A model generated the notes under the pieces. That model saw only the letters and a program-made list of their open reading frames with translations. It was not told the origin of the DNA and ran no database searches. A stretch of 64,000 nt of DNA, from NCBI GenBank assembly GCA_034670305.1, contig JAXMNT010000012.1, forward strand, positions 64,001 through 128,000. Reading direction: 5' to 3'. The DNA is from Deltaproteobacteria bacterium. GTDB taxonomy: Bacteria > Myxococcota_A > Polyangia > Polyangiales > Houyiibacteriaceae. Position numbers and translations under genes: made by a program. This document shows, piece after piece, positions 9,238 through 18,335 of the stretch (positions within the stretch are counted from its first letter, which is position 1; the number at the start of each line of letters is the position of its first letter).

Positions 9238-11139
9238 CTATTCGTCCAGCCCGGTCGACTCGTCTTGGGGCCGCAAGGGGTGGGCGCGGGGATCGGGGGT
9301 GCGGCGGCGGCCGACCACGTTCCCCTCGAGCACGTTGACCTCCACCGGCGGCGTCAGTTCGTACGCGTACCCGCGCGACGGGATCTGAAAGGTGGTCGTG
9401 CCGAGCGAGGTCCGGATCTCGCGGGAGTGGCGCACCAAGAGGGAGCCGCGGCGGTTGTGAAACCGGTGGGCGAGCAAGAAGCGGGTGAGCCGCAGCGCGA
9501 GGTGGTTGTGCAAGCGGTGACAGCCGTGGCTCGCGCCGGTGAGGATGGAGCGGTAGGACACCGAGCCGTGGGTGCGCACGCCTTCGTCGACGAGCAGTTC
9601 ACCGGCGCCCATGTCGCTGTCGGCGAGGCGGTGGTGAACCACCATCGCGAGCCCGTAAGCGCTGCGGTAGCCGGGTCCGAAGAGGGTCGTGTTCGGCACG
9701 ACGCGGTCGCGGCTGACGTACCGGATCAGATCGCTGACCGGTGTGCTTCGAGGTGGGATCCAAGCCGGCGCCGCCACGACGTCGCGCCAGACGCGCGGGC
9801 CCGGGGGTGACTCTTTGTACTCGAGCGCGATGCCCCCCCGCGCGACCTCACGCATCCAGCCGCCGATCGTGGTCGGCCATTGCACGACGGCGACCTCGCG
9901 GTCTCCGTCTTGGGCAAAGAGCGTGAGGATGGGTCGCCGGTTGAGCGGCAGCGGCGTGCGAACCGTGCGGGGCAGGTCGTAGCTCAGGTCGCCTCGGTCG
10001 ACCTCGGCGCGCATGGTCATGTGGGCCGAGTGGTAGGCCGGTTTCGGTGGCAAACGGACCGCGATCTGCGTCGGCCGTTCGTCTTGCTGCGCGAACGCGA
10101 CGAAGGCTTCGGGGCTGGTCCAGCCTAGGCCGCGCGCGGTGGCTTCGGTCGCAGGCGAGAGCCAATCGGGCGCGCCGTTCTCACGCGGTTCGTGTCCTGC
10201 CCCGAAGCGCAGCTCTGGGGCGTCGATGACGCGGTCGAGGATCGTGCCCCATTCCTGGCGCGCGGAGCCGTCCTCGATGACCCCGGTCGCGCCTCCGACC
10301 CGTTCCCGCAGCGCGCGCAGGACCGCGCGGAAGTCGAGCTCGCGGCTGTTCACGCGCATCGTCTCGATCGTGGTCGCATCCAGCGATCCGGCGGCGTAGA
10401 GCATGTGCTGTCGCTGCCACTGGGTGAGCGCTTCGCTCGTCGGTTCGTCGAAGACCCCGTCCACCGCGCGGCCCATCCCGTCGCACCGCAGATGCGCCTG
10501 CACAGCACGGATGGTCTCCACCCGGCGGCGGTCTTTGAAGAACTGGGTGAACTGCCGCTGACGGGAAGTGACCCCGTCGAGCGCGTCGACGGAGTCCAGC
10601 TCGAGGGCTTCTCGTTCGGCTTCGAAGAGCGGAAGCTCCCGCTCGAATGCGCGCACCCGTTGACGCCCACCGGGCACATCGATCTCGGTGGACTTCATCA
10701 CGTAGGGCAGGTCGTGCAGCAGGTCGTCGTCGACCGCGGCGTGGCACGCATGCCGTTCTTCGTCGCCGAGCCGTTCGCCGAGCACGCGGAACGTGGGGAA
10801 GATGCCGAAGACCTCGAGGTAGCGCTCCGGTTCGACGTCGTCGGGCAACGCATCGAGCTGCTCGTCCGCGAGCATCACGTAGGTGCTCCGGTACGGCGGT
10901 GTGCCGAGTTCGCCCATCTCGGGCGCCGGCGCGAAGATGTGTGGCGCGTAGTCGTCGCTCAGATCGACGATCGTCAGCTCTTCGACTTCGGTGACCTCGA
11001 CCTGACGCACGATGTGTCCCGCCTCGTAGTAGGGCACGGTCTCGATCGTCTCGACCGGCAGCGGCGGCGCATAGGTGGCGGGTTTCTCGCACCCCACGAG
11101 ACTGAGCAGGATTGTGACCATCGGAACCGAGCGCGTCAT
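9238..11139 (-). CDS. L,D-transpeptidase (YkuD-like) lipoprotein with a peptidoglycan-binding domain
   Basis: Lipobox LVGC, PG-binding-1-like VDGVFDEPTSEALTQWQ, catalytic HGS..SHGCHRL. Confidence 0.85.
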   Translation of the reverse strand: MTRSVPMVTILLSLVGCEKPATYAPPLPVETIETVPYYEAGHIVRQVEVTEVEELTIVDLSDDYAPHIFAPAPEMGELGTPPYRSTYVMLADEQLDALPDDVEPERYLEVFGIFPTFRVLGERLGDEERHACHAAVDDDLLHDLPYVMKSTEIDVPGGRQRVRAFERELPLFEAEREALELDSVDALDGVTSRQRQFTQFFKDRRRVETIRAVQAHLRCDGMGRAVDGVFDEPTSEALTQWQRQHMLYAAGSLDATTIETMRVNSRELDFRAVLRALRERVGGATGVIEDGSARQEWGTILDRVIDAPELRFGAGHEPRENGAPDWLSPATEATARGLGWTSPEAFVAFAQQDERPTQIAVRLPPKPAYHSAHMTMRAEVDRGDLSYDLPRTVRTPLPLNRRPILTLFAQDGDREVAVVQWPTTIGGWMREVARGGIALEYKESPPGPRVWRDVVAAPAWIPPRSTPVSDLIRYVSRDRVVPNTTLFGPGYRSAYGLAMVVHHRLADSDMGAGELLVDEGVRTHGSVSYRSILTGASHGCHRLHNHLALRLTRFLLAHRFHNRRGSLLVRHSREIRTSLGTTTFQIPSRGYAYELTPPVEVNVLEGNVVGRRRTPDPRAHPLRPQDESTGLDE

Positions 11140-11148
11140 GCGGGCAGC

Positions 11149-11275
11149 CTAGCAGGGTGCCGCAAGACTCCTCGGCGGCCTGCGCGCGCCGAGGCAGCCC
11201 TCTTCCACCATCCCCGCCGCGGACGCGAGACTGGCCACCTCCAGCCGGATCACATCCGGGAGTTTTGCAGCAGTC
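11149..11275. mobile_element. Putative MITE-like relic with IS5-type ends
   Basis: CTAG then GGGTGCCGCAAGACTCC ... GGAGTTTTGCAGCAGTC, an imperfect 17-bp inverted repeat. The ends resemble those at 34211 and 34713-34733. Confidence 0.45.
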
Positions 11276-11314
11276 GGCTTCGAATCGGCGCGCTGGTACG
11301 TCTTCGACCAACGA

Positions 11315-12916
11315 TCAGAAGTGCGGTTGGCTGCCAGCGGTGGGGCGCGCGTCCATGTGCGGCCAGCCATCGCGCCAGCTGACCCGGTCGGCGAGCAGCA
11401 CCCGTCCAGGGGACGCGTCGATCCGGTCCGCGTACCACGCGTGGTAGACGTGCACCCAGCCGCCGTCTGGGCCGCGCACCACCGAGCCGTGCCCCGGACC
11501 GGCGAACGCGTGGTTGCTGGTGAGGATGGGTCCGCTCGCCTTGGTGAAGGGGCCGGTCGGTGAACGCGAGCGCGCGACCCCGACCGCGTACCGCGAGGTC
11601 GCGAAGTGGTTCGCGCTGTAGAAGAGGTAGAAGTAGCCGCCGCGCTCGATCACCCACGCGCCCTCGACCACGTTGCCTTCCCAGCCGCGGTCGTTGACCA
11701 GCACCTGGGTGCGCGGCCCAGTGAGGGTGACGCCGTCTGCTTGCACCCGCTGCACGAAGAGCGGCGTGGGTTGACCGATGGCGTTGCCGTCGCGCTTCCA
11801 CGAGAGGTACCGCTCCCCGGACGAGGTCTCGAAGTAGTGGGTGTCGATCACGCCCGGGTTCGAGTCGCGCAGGAGCGGCCGACCGAGATCCGTGTACGGG
11901 CCGAGTGGGTCGTCCGCGAACGCCGCGCCGAGCGCGAGCCGTCCATCCGCGGCGTTGCGTGCGCTGTAGTACGCGATCCACCGGTCGCCGACGTGGTGGA
12001 TCTCGGGCGCCCAGAAATCGCCCGACGCCCAACCCGGCCGGGTGCCGCTTGGAAACACGTGGCCACGACTTCGCCAGGTCACCAGATCGCTCGAGGTGCG
12101 GAGCGGAAACGCCGCGCCCGCGTTGCCCGACGTGCACGCCATCACGTAGCCGTCGTCGATCGCGGCGACCCCAGGGTCCGGACAGTTGCGGTCGACCACC
12201 GGGTTCGCGAAGAGGCCACTGCGGCTCTCCACCGCACCGCAGCCGGTGTATCGAAGCGCGACTTCGCACGCGCCGGAGAAGTGCGGCACCCAGCCGTTCG
12301 AGAGCTCGGCTGTGCGCAGCCCGCCGCTCGATCCGCAGCCGCCGTCCCACGTCACCACGCCGTCGACGTCGTCGTAGTCCGCGGCGTGCCCGGGCGCGCG
12401 CTGCCAGCCCGCGCCGTAGGTGATCCGCGTGCCGCAGGAGGTCGTCGCGCATTCGCCGGTGCGGTCGATCGCGATGCGGCATGCGCGCCCCACGAAGTAC
12501 GGCCGCCAGCCGTTGGAGAGCACCGCGTACGAGTTCGCTCCGTCGCGGTGGCAGACTCCGTCCCAGTCGACCGACCCCGCGACCTCGTCGAAGTCCGTGT
12601 CGCGGCCGTCTGGGTGAATCCAGGCGTCGCCGTAGGTGATGCGGGTGCGGCAGGGACCGGGGCCCGCGTCTTCGCCAGTGAACGCATCGACGCCCGCGTC
12701 CGTTGCGAGGCCCGCGTCCATTGCCAAGTCCGCGTCCAGGCCAGGTGCGTCGTCCGCAGGACCCCCGTCCGCAGAACCCGCGTCGGTCGACCGGGCGTCC
12801 GCCGAACCGTCGACCGCGTCGACCGAGGCGTCGCGGGAACCGAGCGTGGGTCCCGTACACCCTCCGGCGAACGCGGCGGCCAGGATGGGGACGAAGGCGC
12901 GGAACGAAGAAGTCAC
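11315..12916 (-). CDS. Glycoside hydrolase family 43 lipoprotein (arabinanase/xylosidase-like)
   Basis: NPV..DCPDP-like motif, WAPEI, IDTH, VEGAW, GPGHGSV; lipobox AGGC; two N-terminal C-RITYG repeats. Confidence 0.9.
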   Translation of the reverse strand: MTSSFRAFVPILAAAFAGGCTGPTLGSRDASVDAVDGSADARSTDAGSADGGPADDAPGLDADLAMDAGLATDAGVDAFTGEDAGPGPCRTRITYGDAWIHPDGRDTDFDEVAGSVDWDGVCHRDGANSYAVLSNGWRPYFVGRACRIAIDRTGECATTSCGTRITYGAGWQRAPGHAADYDDVDGVVTWDGGCGSSGGLRTAELSNGWVPHFSGACEVALRYTGCGAVESRSGLFANPVVDRNCPDPGVAAIDDGYVMACTSGNAGAAFPLRTSSDLVTWRSRGHVFPSGTRPGWASGDFWAPEIHHVGDRWIAYYSARNAADGRLALGAAFADDPLGPYTDLGRPLLRDSNPGVIDTHYFETSSGERYLSWKRDGNAIGQPTPLFVQRVQADGVTLTGPRTQVLVNDRGWEGNVVEGAWVIERGGYFYLFYSANHFATSRYAVGVARSRSPTGPFTKASGPILTSNHAFAGPGHGSVVRGPDGGWVHVYHAWYADRIDASPGRVLLADRVSWRDGWPHMDARPTAGSQPHF

Positions 12917-12969
12917 GCCGCCCTACGTGCAATCGGTGGACCAAGCCGGTGGGGCCCCGCTCCGGCGCA

Positions 12970-13084
12970 GAAGCCGATTCCGAATCCGATGCCGAAGCCG
13001 ATCCCCGAAGCCGAAGCCGAAGCCGATCCCGAAGCCGAATCCGAAGCCGATCCCGAAGCCGAAGCCGATCCCGAAGCCGATCCA
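12970..13084. repeat. Intergenic hexamer array (GAWNCC x19, one 1-nt insertion)
   Basis: Units GAAGCC/GATCCC/GAATCC read directly from the sequence. Confidence 0.9.
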
Positions 13085-13232
13085 GAACGCGCGATCGCCC
13101 GCTGTCTGGGGATGCACGCGCGGCCTGCGCGTGTCGATGCGTGCCGATGCGACGCGCTCCGTTCGAGTGAGCGCGCAGAGTCTGGTCAGCTTCGATGCGG
13201 TCGAAGCGCGCCACCCTGCGTTGCTTCTGGCG

Positions 13233-13670
13233 TCAGTAGCGCTTCGGGAGCTCGGCGGCGACGTCGCCCATCCGGGTGAACGCGCGGATGTAGCGCAGTA
13301 CCTTGAGCTTCGGGCCTTCGAGTTTGTAGTCGGGGGACATGATCACATCGATGACGCCCACCTCGCCCTTGTCGAGCTTCACCCAGAAGTCGTAGGGCGC
13401 CGTGGTGCGCGCGAGCATCGAGCCCTTCACGAACTTGGTGGTCCGCAGCGGCCCGGGCGCGTCCTGTTCTTCGAACGAGAGCAACTCGATGCGCCCATCG
13501 TGCACCCGGTACCGGACCTCCACGTCCTTCTTGTCGGGCGTGTCGGTGCCGCGCAGCGCGATCGTCTCGCGCATCGATCGGGCCGCCTTCTGAAAGACCG
13601 CGTCCTTGTTGATCGCCTCGAGGAAGACGTCCGTGAACTCGGTCGTGAAGTAGCGGGGCAGTTCGGCCAT
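13233..13670 (-). CDS. SCP2 sterol-binding domain protein
   Basis: 145 aa. APYDFWVKLDKGEV..DVIMS..YKLEGPKLKVLRY matches the SCP2 C-terminal pattern. TACACC lies 6 nt upstream of the ATG. Confidence 0.75.
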   Translation of the reverse strand: MAELPRYFTTEFTDVFLEAINKDAVFQKAARSMRETIALRGTDTPDKKDVEVRYRVHDGRIELLSFEEQDAPGPLRTTKFVKGSMLARTTAPYDFWVKLDKGEVGVIDVIMSPDYKLEGPKLKVLRYIRAFTRMGDVAAELPKRY

Positions 13671-13788
13671 GGCGCGGGTGTACCACCTCTCCCGCAGGAG
13701 GTCTGCCTGCCGCGTCGGACCGCCCGGTGTGGCCTGGGAACCCATGCACGCCCCGACACGGTCGGACTCTGCGTGGCATCCTGGTTCG

Positions 13789-14421
13789 ATGGAAGATCTC
13801 TGGACGCGCCTGGAAACGTTCGCGAACGAACACCAACGTTCCCTCCAACTCCGGCCAGGCGCTTCGGAGAAGGAGGTCGCGCGCGCCGAGAAGGCATTGG
13901 GCCGCAAGCTGCCGAGCGGGTACCGGCAGTCGGTGCTGCTTCACGACGGACAAGAGAACGACCCAGAAGCCTTCGGGTGGATGCCCGGTTGTTGGCTGCT
14001 GGCGCCACTGAAGGCGGTCGTGGCCTTTCACGCGACCCTGGAGAACCTGGCGACCATGTGTCGGGAAGAGGCCGAGGAAGACGAGGGTCCCTCCTTTGAC
14101 ACGTCGGGCACCCACCGACTGGATGTCTTCCACGAGGATCGGATCCCCATCGCCGGTTATCCATACTGGGACGGCGACAATACGTTCCTGGACTTCGCAG
14201 TCGGGCCGAACGGCACCGATGGACAAGTGCTCGGGCTCGTGACGGAGTGCGACTTCGAGGTGTACGGCACAAGCTTCGAGGAAGCGGTCGGCGCGTACGT
14301 CGCGGCGCTCGAATCGGGCGACTGGATCTACGACGAGGCGCTGGGCAAGACACGCTGGAAGGGCCGCAAGAAGCGGTGCAACGGCGGCACCGAGTTCGCG
14401 AAGTTCCGCCGCAGCCAGTGA
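13789..14421 (+). CDS. SMI1/KNR4 (SUKH) family protein
   Basis: LRPGASEKEVARAEKALGRKLPSGYRQSVLLHDGQ, IPIA, FLDFAVGPNGTDGQV. Confidence 0.9.
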   Translation: MEDLWTRLETFANEHQRSLQLRPGASEKEVARAEKALGRKLPSGYRQSVLLHDGQENDPEAFGWMPGCWLLAPLKAVVAFHATLENLATMCREEAEEDEGPSFDTSGTHRLDVFHEDRIPIAGYPYWDGDNTFLDFAVGPNGTDGQVLGLVTECDFEVYGTSFEEAVGAYVAALESGDWIYDEALGKTRWKGRKKRCNGGTEFAKFRRSQ

Positions 14422-14479
14422 ACCCTGTCACCGGAACGTTCCAAGGGGGAACTCGGTCGCCAGAACGTAGAAAGCGGCT

Positions 14480-15100
14480 ATGGCTTCTTCGATGCGTGCG
14501 CCCAAGGTCAAACTCGGTCTGAAACTCGTCGGCATCTACCTGGCGGTGGCGCTGGTCGCGAGCGTGGCGGCGACGGTTGCTGTGTTCGTTGAAGACGAAC
14601 TCATCGCGACCATCGCCGGCTGGGTGCAGGCCGCGATGTCTCCGCTGGCCCTCATCGGCGCCGGCTTGATCGCCACCGCACCGAGCGACTCCCGCGCCGT
14701 GATGCCGGCGGTGTTCGGTGCGATCTGCGCGCTCGCCGTCGTCGCGACGAGCTGCGGAAGCATGTTCATCGACGCCGACCGCTACAGCAGCCGCAACCTC
14801 TTGCTCATGTTCGCGCTCCTCGGCGGGCTCGCGGGGTTCGGGCTGCTCGTGTCGGTCACCAAAGCCGGCCAGAACCTCGCCTGGTCCTACGGCGTGCACG
14901 ACAGCCACGAACGCCTCGCGACCCTCTTCATCTCGACCATGGTTCTGCTCGTCGCGGGCTTCGTCCTGAGGTGCATCACCCGCGCGATCCCCGACGCCGC
15001 GGTGATCGGCCTGATCCTCCCCTTCTTCGGAGCCGTCATCTCCGCCTTCGTCGCCTTCAACTTGCTCCAGCTCTCGAAGAAGCTCCCGGACTACTTCTAA
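14480..15100 (+). CDS. Multi-pass membrane protein, unknown function
   Basis: About 6 hydrophobic segments in 206 aa. Confidence 0.7.
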   Translation: MASSMRAPKVKLGLKLVGIYLAVALVASVAATVAVFVEDELIATIAGWVQAAMSPLALIGAGLIATAPSDSRAVMPAVFGAICALAVVATSCGSMFIDADRYSSRNLLLMFALLGGLAGFGLLVSVTKAGQNLAWSYGVHDSHERLATLFISTMVLLVAGFVLRCITRAIPDAAVIGLILPFFGAVISAFVAFNLLQLSKKLPDYF

Positions 15101-15119
15101 CGGCATCGCCGAGCGCCCA

Positions 15120-16322
15120 TCACTCGTGGCGGAGCGCTTCCACTGGGTCCAAACGGCTCGCGCGCCGCGCTGGGCCGACGCCGAAGACGACGCCGATCGC
15201 GAGCGACACGCCGAGGCTGAGCGCGTAGGCGTAGGTCGGGACGGAGGTCTCCCAACCGCCGAGCCTGGCGATGCCGATCGCGACGCCGGTGCCGAGTATC
15301 ACCCCGGCCAGCCCTCCGAAGGCGGAGACGACGATCGACTCGACGAGGAACTGCAGAAGGATGTCGATGCGGCGTGCGCCGACCGCCATGCGCACCCCGA
15401 TCTCGCGGGTCCGTTCGCGGACCGAGACGAGCATGATGTTCATGATGCCGATGCCGCCGACGAAGAGGCTCACCGCGGCGACGCTGCCGAGCAGGGTCGT
15501 GAACGTGCCGGTGATGGCGCCCATGGTCTCGAGCATCTCGGTCTGGGAGCGGACCTCGAAGTCGTCGTCGGCGTCCGCGTGGATGCGGTGGCGCAAGCGC
15601 AGCAGCGTCTCCACCCGCGCCTGCACCGCGTCGGAGACCGCCTCGCTCTCGACCTGCACCGAGATGGTCGAGAGGGCGTCTTGGCCGAAGAGCGACCCTT
15701 GGTGCACGCCGAGCGGCACGAGCACGTAGTCGTCCGGGGATGCCCAGCCGACGTCGCCCTTCTCCACGAGCACGCCGAGCACGGTGAACCCTTGGCCGGC
15801 GATCTGGATGCGTTCGCCGAGCGGGTTCGCGGCGCCGAAGAGATCGCGCGCCACGCCCCCGCCGAGCACCGCGACCCGTCGACGCGCGCGGTCGTCGGCG
15901 TCCGTGAACCCGATGCCGCGCGCGACCTCGAGGTTGCGGATGTCGAGGTAGCTCGCGGAGACCCCGTAGATGGTCGTCTGGAGGTTGTTCTCGAGGTACT
16001 TCACTTGCGCGGACCCGCCGTTCTCGGCGCTGACCGCAGTCACCCCCGAGAGCTCGCCGATCGCCTCCGCGTCGGACCGCACCAAGGTCGCCGCACTGCC
16101 GGTGCGTACGGGTCCGGTGCCGCGGGCGGGACGCACCGTGAGCAGGTTCGAGCCGAGCGCGCGGATGCGGCCTTCGACGCTGGCTTTGGCGCCTTCGCCG
16201 ATCGCGAGCACCGAAACCACGGCGGCGACGCCGATGATCATGCCGAGCGCGGTCAGCCCGGTTCGCAAGCGGTTGGAGCTGAGCGAGCGCCACGCGGAGC
16301 GCACGGTTTCATGGAGCAGCAT
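15120..16322 (-). CDS. MacB/FtsX-family ABC transporter permease
   Basis: RTGLTALGMIIGVAAVV, GGIGIMNIMLVSVRERTREIGVRMAVGA, PARRASRLDPVEALRHE. Confidence 0.95.
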   Translation of the reverse strand: MLLHETVRSAWRSLSSNRLRTGLTALGMIIGVAAVVSVLAIGEGAKASVEGRIRALGSNLLTVRPARGTGPVRTGSAATLVRSDAEAIGELSGVTAVSAENGGSAQVKYLENNLQTTIYGVSASYLDIRNLEVARGIGFTDADDRARRRVAVLGGGVARDLFGAANPLGERIQIAGQGFTVLGVLVEKGDVGWASPDDYVLVPLGVHQGSLFGQDALSTISVQVESEAVSDAVQARVETLLRLRHRIHADADDDFEVRSQTEMLETMGAITGTFTTLLGSVAAVSLFVGGIGIMNIMLVSVRERTREIGVRMAVGARRIDILLQFLVESIVVSAFGGLAGVILGTGVAIGIARLGGWETSVPTYAYALSLGVSLAIGVVFGVGPARRASRLDPVEALRHE

Positions 16323-17094
16323 CGCGCCCGCCTTCCTGGCTCGCTTGCAGGTTCTCGCGCAGCAGCTCTTCGACGATGGGGCCGCTCGGGCCGTCGGCCA
16401 CCACGTGCCCGTCGAGCATGCGGATGACGCGCGGCATCTCTTGGGCGACCTGCAGGTCGTGGGTGACGAGCACGAGCGTCGTGCCTTCTTCGTTCAGCCG
16501 ATGCAGCAGCTCGAGCACCTCGGCGCCGGTCCGGCTGTCGAGCGCGCCGGTCGGTTCGTCGCCGAGCAAGATCGACGGCTCGGTCACGAGCGCACGCGCG
16601 ATCGCGACGCGCTGTTTCTGGCCGCCGGAGAGCTCGTTTGGCCGGTGGTGGGCGCGGTCGGCGAGGCCCACCCGCTCCAGCGCGTGCCGTGCCCGCGCTT
16701 CCCCGTCGCGCACGCCCGCGTACAAGAGCGGCAGCGCGACGTTCTCGAGCGCGCTCGACCGCGCGAGCAGGTTGAACGACTGGAAGACGAAGCCGATGTG
16801 GCGGTTGCGGATGCGGGCTTGGTCGTCTTCGTCGAGCTGCGCGACGTCTTGGCCTTCGAGCAGGTAGTGGCCCGAAGTCGGTCGGTCGAGGCAGCCGAGC
16901 AGGTGCAAGAGCGTGCTCTTGCCGCAGCCGGAGGGACCGACGATCGCGACCGCGTCGCCGCGTTCGATCCGGAACGAGACCCCGTCGAGCGCGACCACGC
17001 GGATCTCAGGGCGGTCGGGGTGGTAGATGCGCGTGAGGCCTTTGACCTCGACCGGCGCGACATCGCTCTGCACCACCTTCGGCGGCGCGTTCAT
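16309..17094 (-). CDS. ABC transporter ATP-binding protein (MacB/LolD-like)
   Basis: Walker A GPSGCGKS, signature LSGGQKQR, Walker B DEPTGALD, H-loop VTHD. Confidence 0.95.
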   Translation of the reverse strand: MNAPPKVVQSDVAPVEVKGLTRIYHPDRPEIRVVALDGVSFRIERGDAVAIVGPSGCGKSTLLHLLGCLDRPTSGHYLLEGQDVAQLDEDDQARIRNRHIGFVFQSFNLLARSSALENVALPLLYAGVRDGEARARHALERVGLADRAHHRPNELSGGQKQRVAIARALVTEPSILLGDEPTGALDSRTGAEVLELLHRLNEEGTTLVLVTHDLQVAQEMPRVIRMLDGHVVADGPSGPIVEELLRENLQASQEGGRDAAP

Positions 17095-18335
17095 CGCATG
17101 CCTCCACCGCCGCCACGCCGGCCGCCGCCGCCAGGCATCAGACTCATGGTGGTCGCGGCGACCGGTGCGTCGGCGCTCGGCACCGCGCGCACTTCGTCGC
17201 CGTCTTCGAGCCCTTGGAGCACCACGAGCCGCCGGCCGTCGGTGGCGCCGCTTCGAATGCGGCGGGTCTCACCGCTCGCCAACTGGACCACCCGGCTGCG
17301 GCCTTCGGTTCGAACCGCGGCGAGCGGCACAAGCACGCCTTCTTCGAGCCCGGTCAAGATGGAGAGGTCCGCGCTCATGCCCGAGCGCAGCAGCGACGCC
17401 TGTTCGTCGCGCACGACGATCTCCACGTCGAAGGTCACGATGTTCGCTTCTTCGACGCCGAGCGGCGCGACCCGCTCGACCTGACCGGCGAAGGTGCGGT
17501 CGGGGTAAGCGTCGACGCGGATCTCCACTTCTTGGCCCGGCTCCACGCGGCCGATCTGGGCTTCGTCGATCGACCCGACGACGCGCAGGTCCGAGAGGTC
17601 GGCGACGGTGGCGAGCGCGGTGCCGCCCGACACGTTCGAGATGGCGGACGCGACGATCGACCCGCGCTCGACGGTGACATCGAGCACCGTGCCGGCGACC
17701 GGCGCGGCGATGGTCATCTCGGCCAGGCGCTGCTCGGCGTCTTGCACCGCGAGGCGCGCGGCGGCGAGGGTGGCCTGCGAGGCGCGGAGCGCGGCTTGCC
17801 GCAAAGTCACCGTGGCGGTGGCGACCTGCGCGGTGCTCGTGGCGCTTCGGGTGGACTCCGCGCTTGCGAGGCCCCGCTCGGCGGCCCGCTCGCTCAAGCT
17901 CCGCGCGGCCTCGGCTTCTTCGGCTTGGGCCTGCGCGACGCTGATGTTCGCGCGCGACTGGCCCACGTCGGCGGTGACCCGGCGGAGCGTGACCTGGGCG
18001 TCTTCGAGCGCACGCTCGGCATCGCGGGCGTCGAGCCGGAAGAGCACCTGCCCCGCTTCGACCACGTCGCCTTCTTCGACCAGCACTTCGATGATCTCAC
18101 CGGACGCGCGCGACTTCACCTCGACTTGCACGTGCGGCTCGATGCGTCCGGTCGCTTCGGCGGTCTGGCGGACCTCACCGCGGGCGACGGTGAACGTCTC
18201 GCCCGCCGGCGTGGCCGCGTTCTGCTGCTGGCTCCACCACCAGGCGCCTCCAGCGCCCAGCAGGGCGACGAGGGCGAGGGTCTTGTAGGGGATCTTGAAG
18301 CGGCTGAGCAGGGGTCGAGCGGTGGCGGTGGTCAT
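17091..18335 (-). CDS. Periplasmic adaptor subunit (MacA-like membrane fusion protein)
   Basis: N-terminal TM, VEVKSRASGEI..VEEGDVV, coiled hairpin, IAAPVAGTV, LRSGMSA. Confidence 0.92.
   Translation of the reverse strand: MTTATARPLLSRFKIPYKTLALVALLGAGGAWWWSQQQNAATPAGETFTVARGEVRQTAEATGRIEPHVQVEVKSRASGEIIEVLVEEGDVVEAGQVLFRLDARDAERALEDAQVTLRRVTADVGQSRANISVAQAQAEEAEAARSLSERAAERGLASAESTRSATSTAQVATATVTLRQAALRASQATLAAARLAVQDAEQRLAEMTIAAPVAGTVLDVTVERGSIVASAISNVSGGTALATVADLSDLRVVGSIDEAQIGRVEPGQEVEIRVDAYPDRTFAGQVERVAPLGVEEANIVTFDVEIVVRDEQASLLRSGMSADLSILTGLEEGVLVPLAAVRTEGRSRVVQLASGETRRIRSGATDGRRLVVLQGLEDGDEVRAVPSADAPVAATTMSLMPGGGGRRGGGGGMR

Noticed and set aside
12923-13117. GFGIGFGFG peptide ORF, or a CRISPR array, at the hexamer repeat
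   Set aside because: The peptide is only a translation of the microsatellite. There are no unique spacers, no 23-47 bp repeats and no cas genes.
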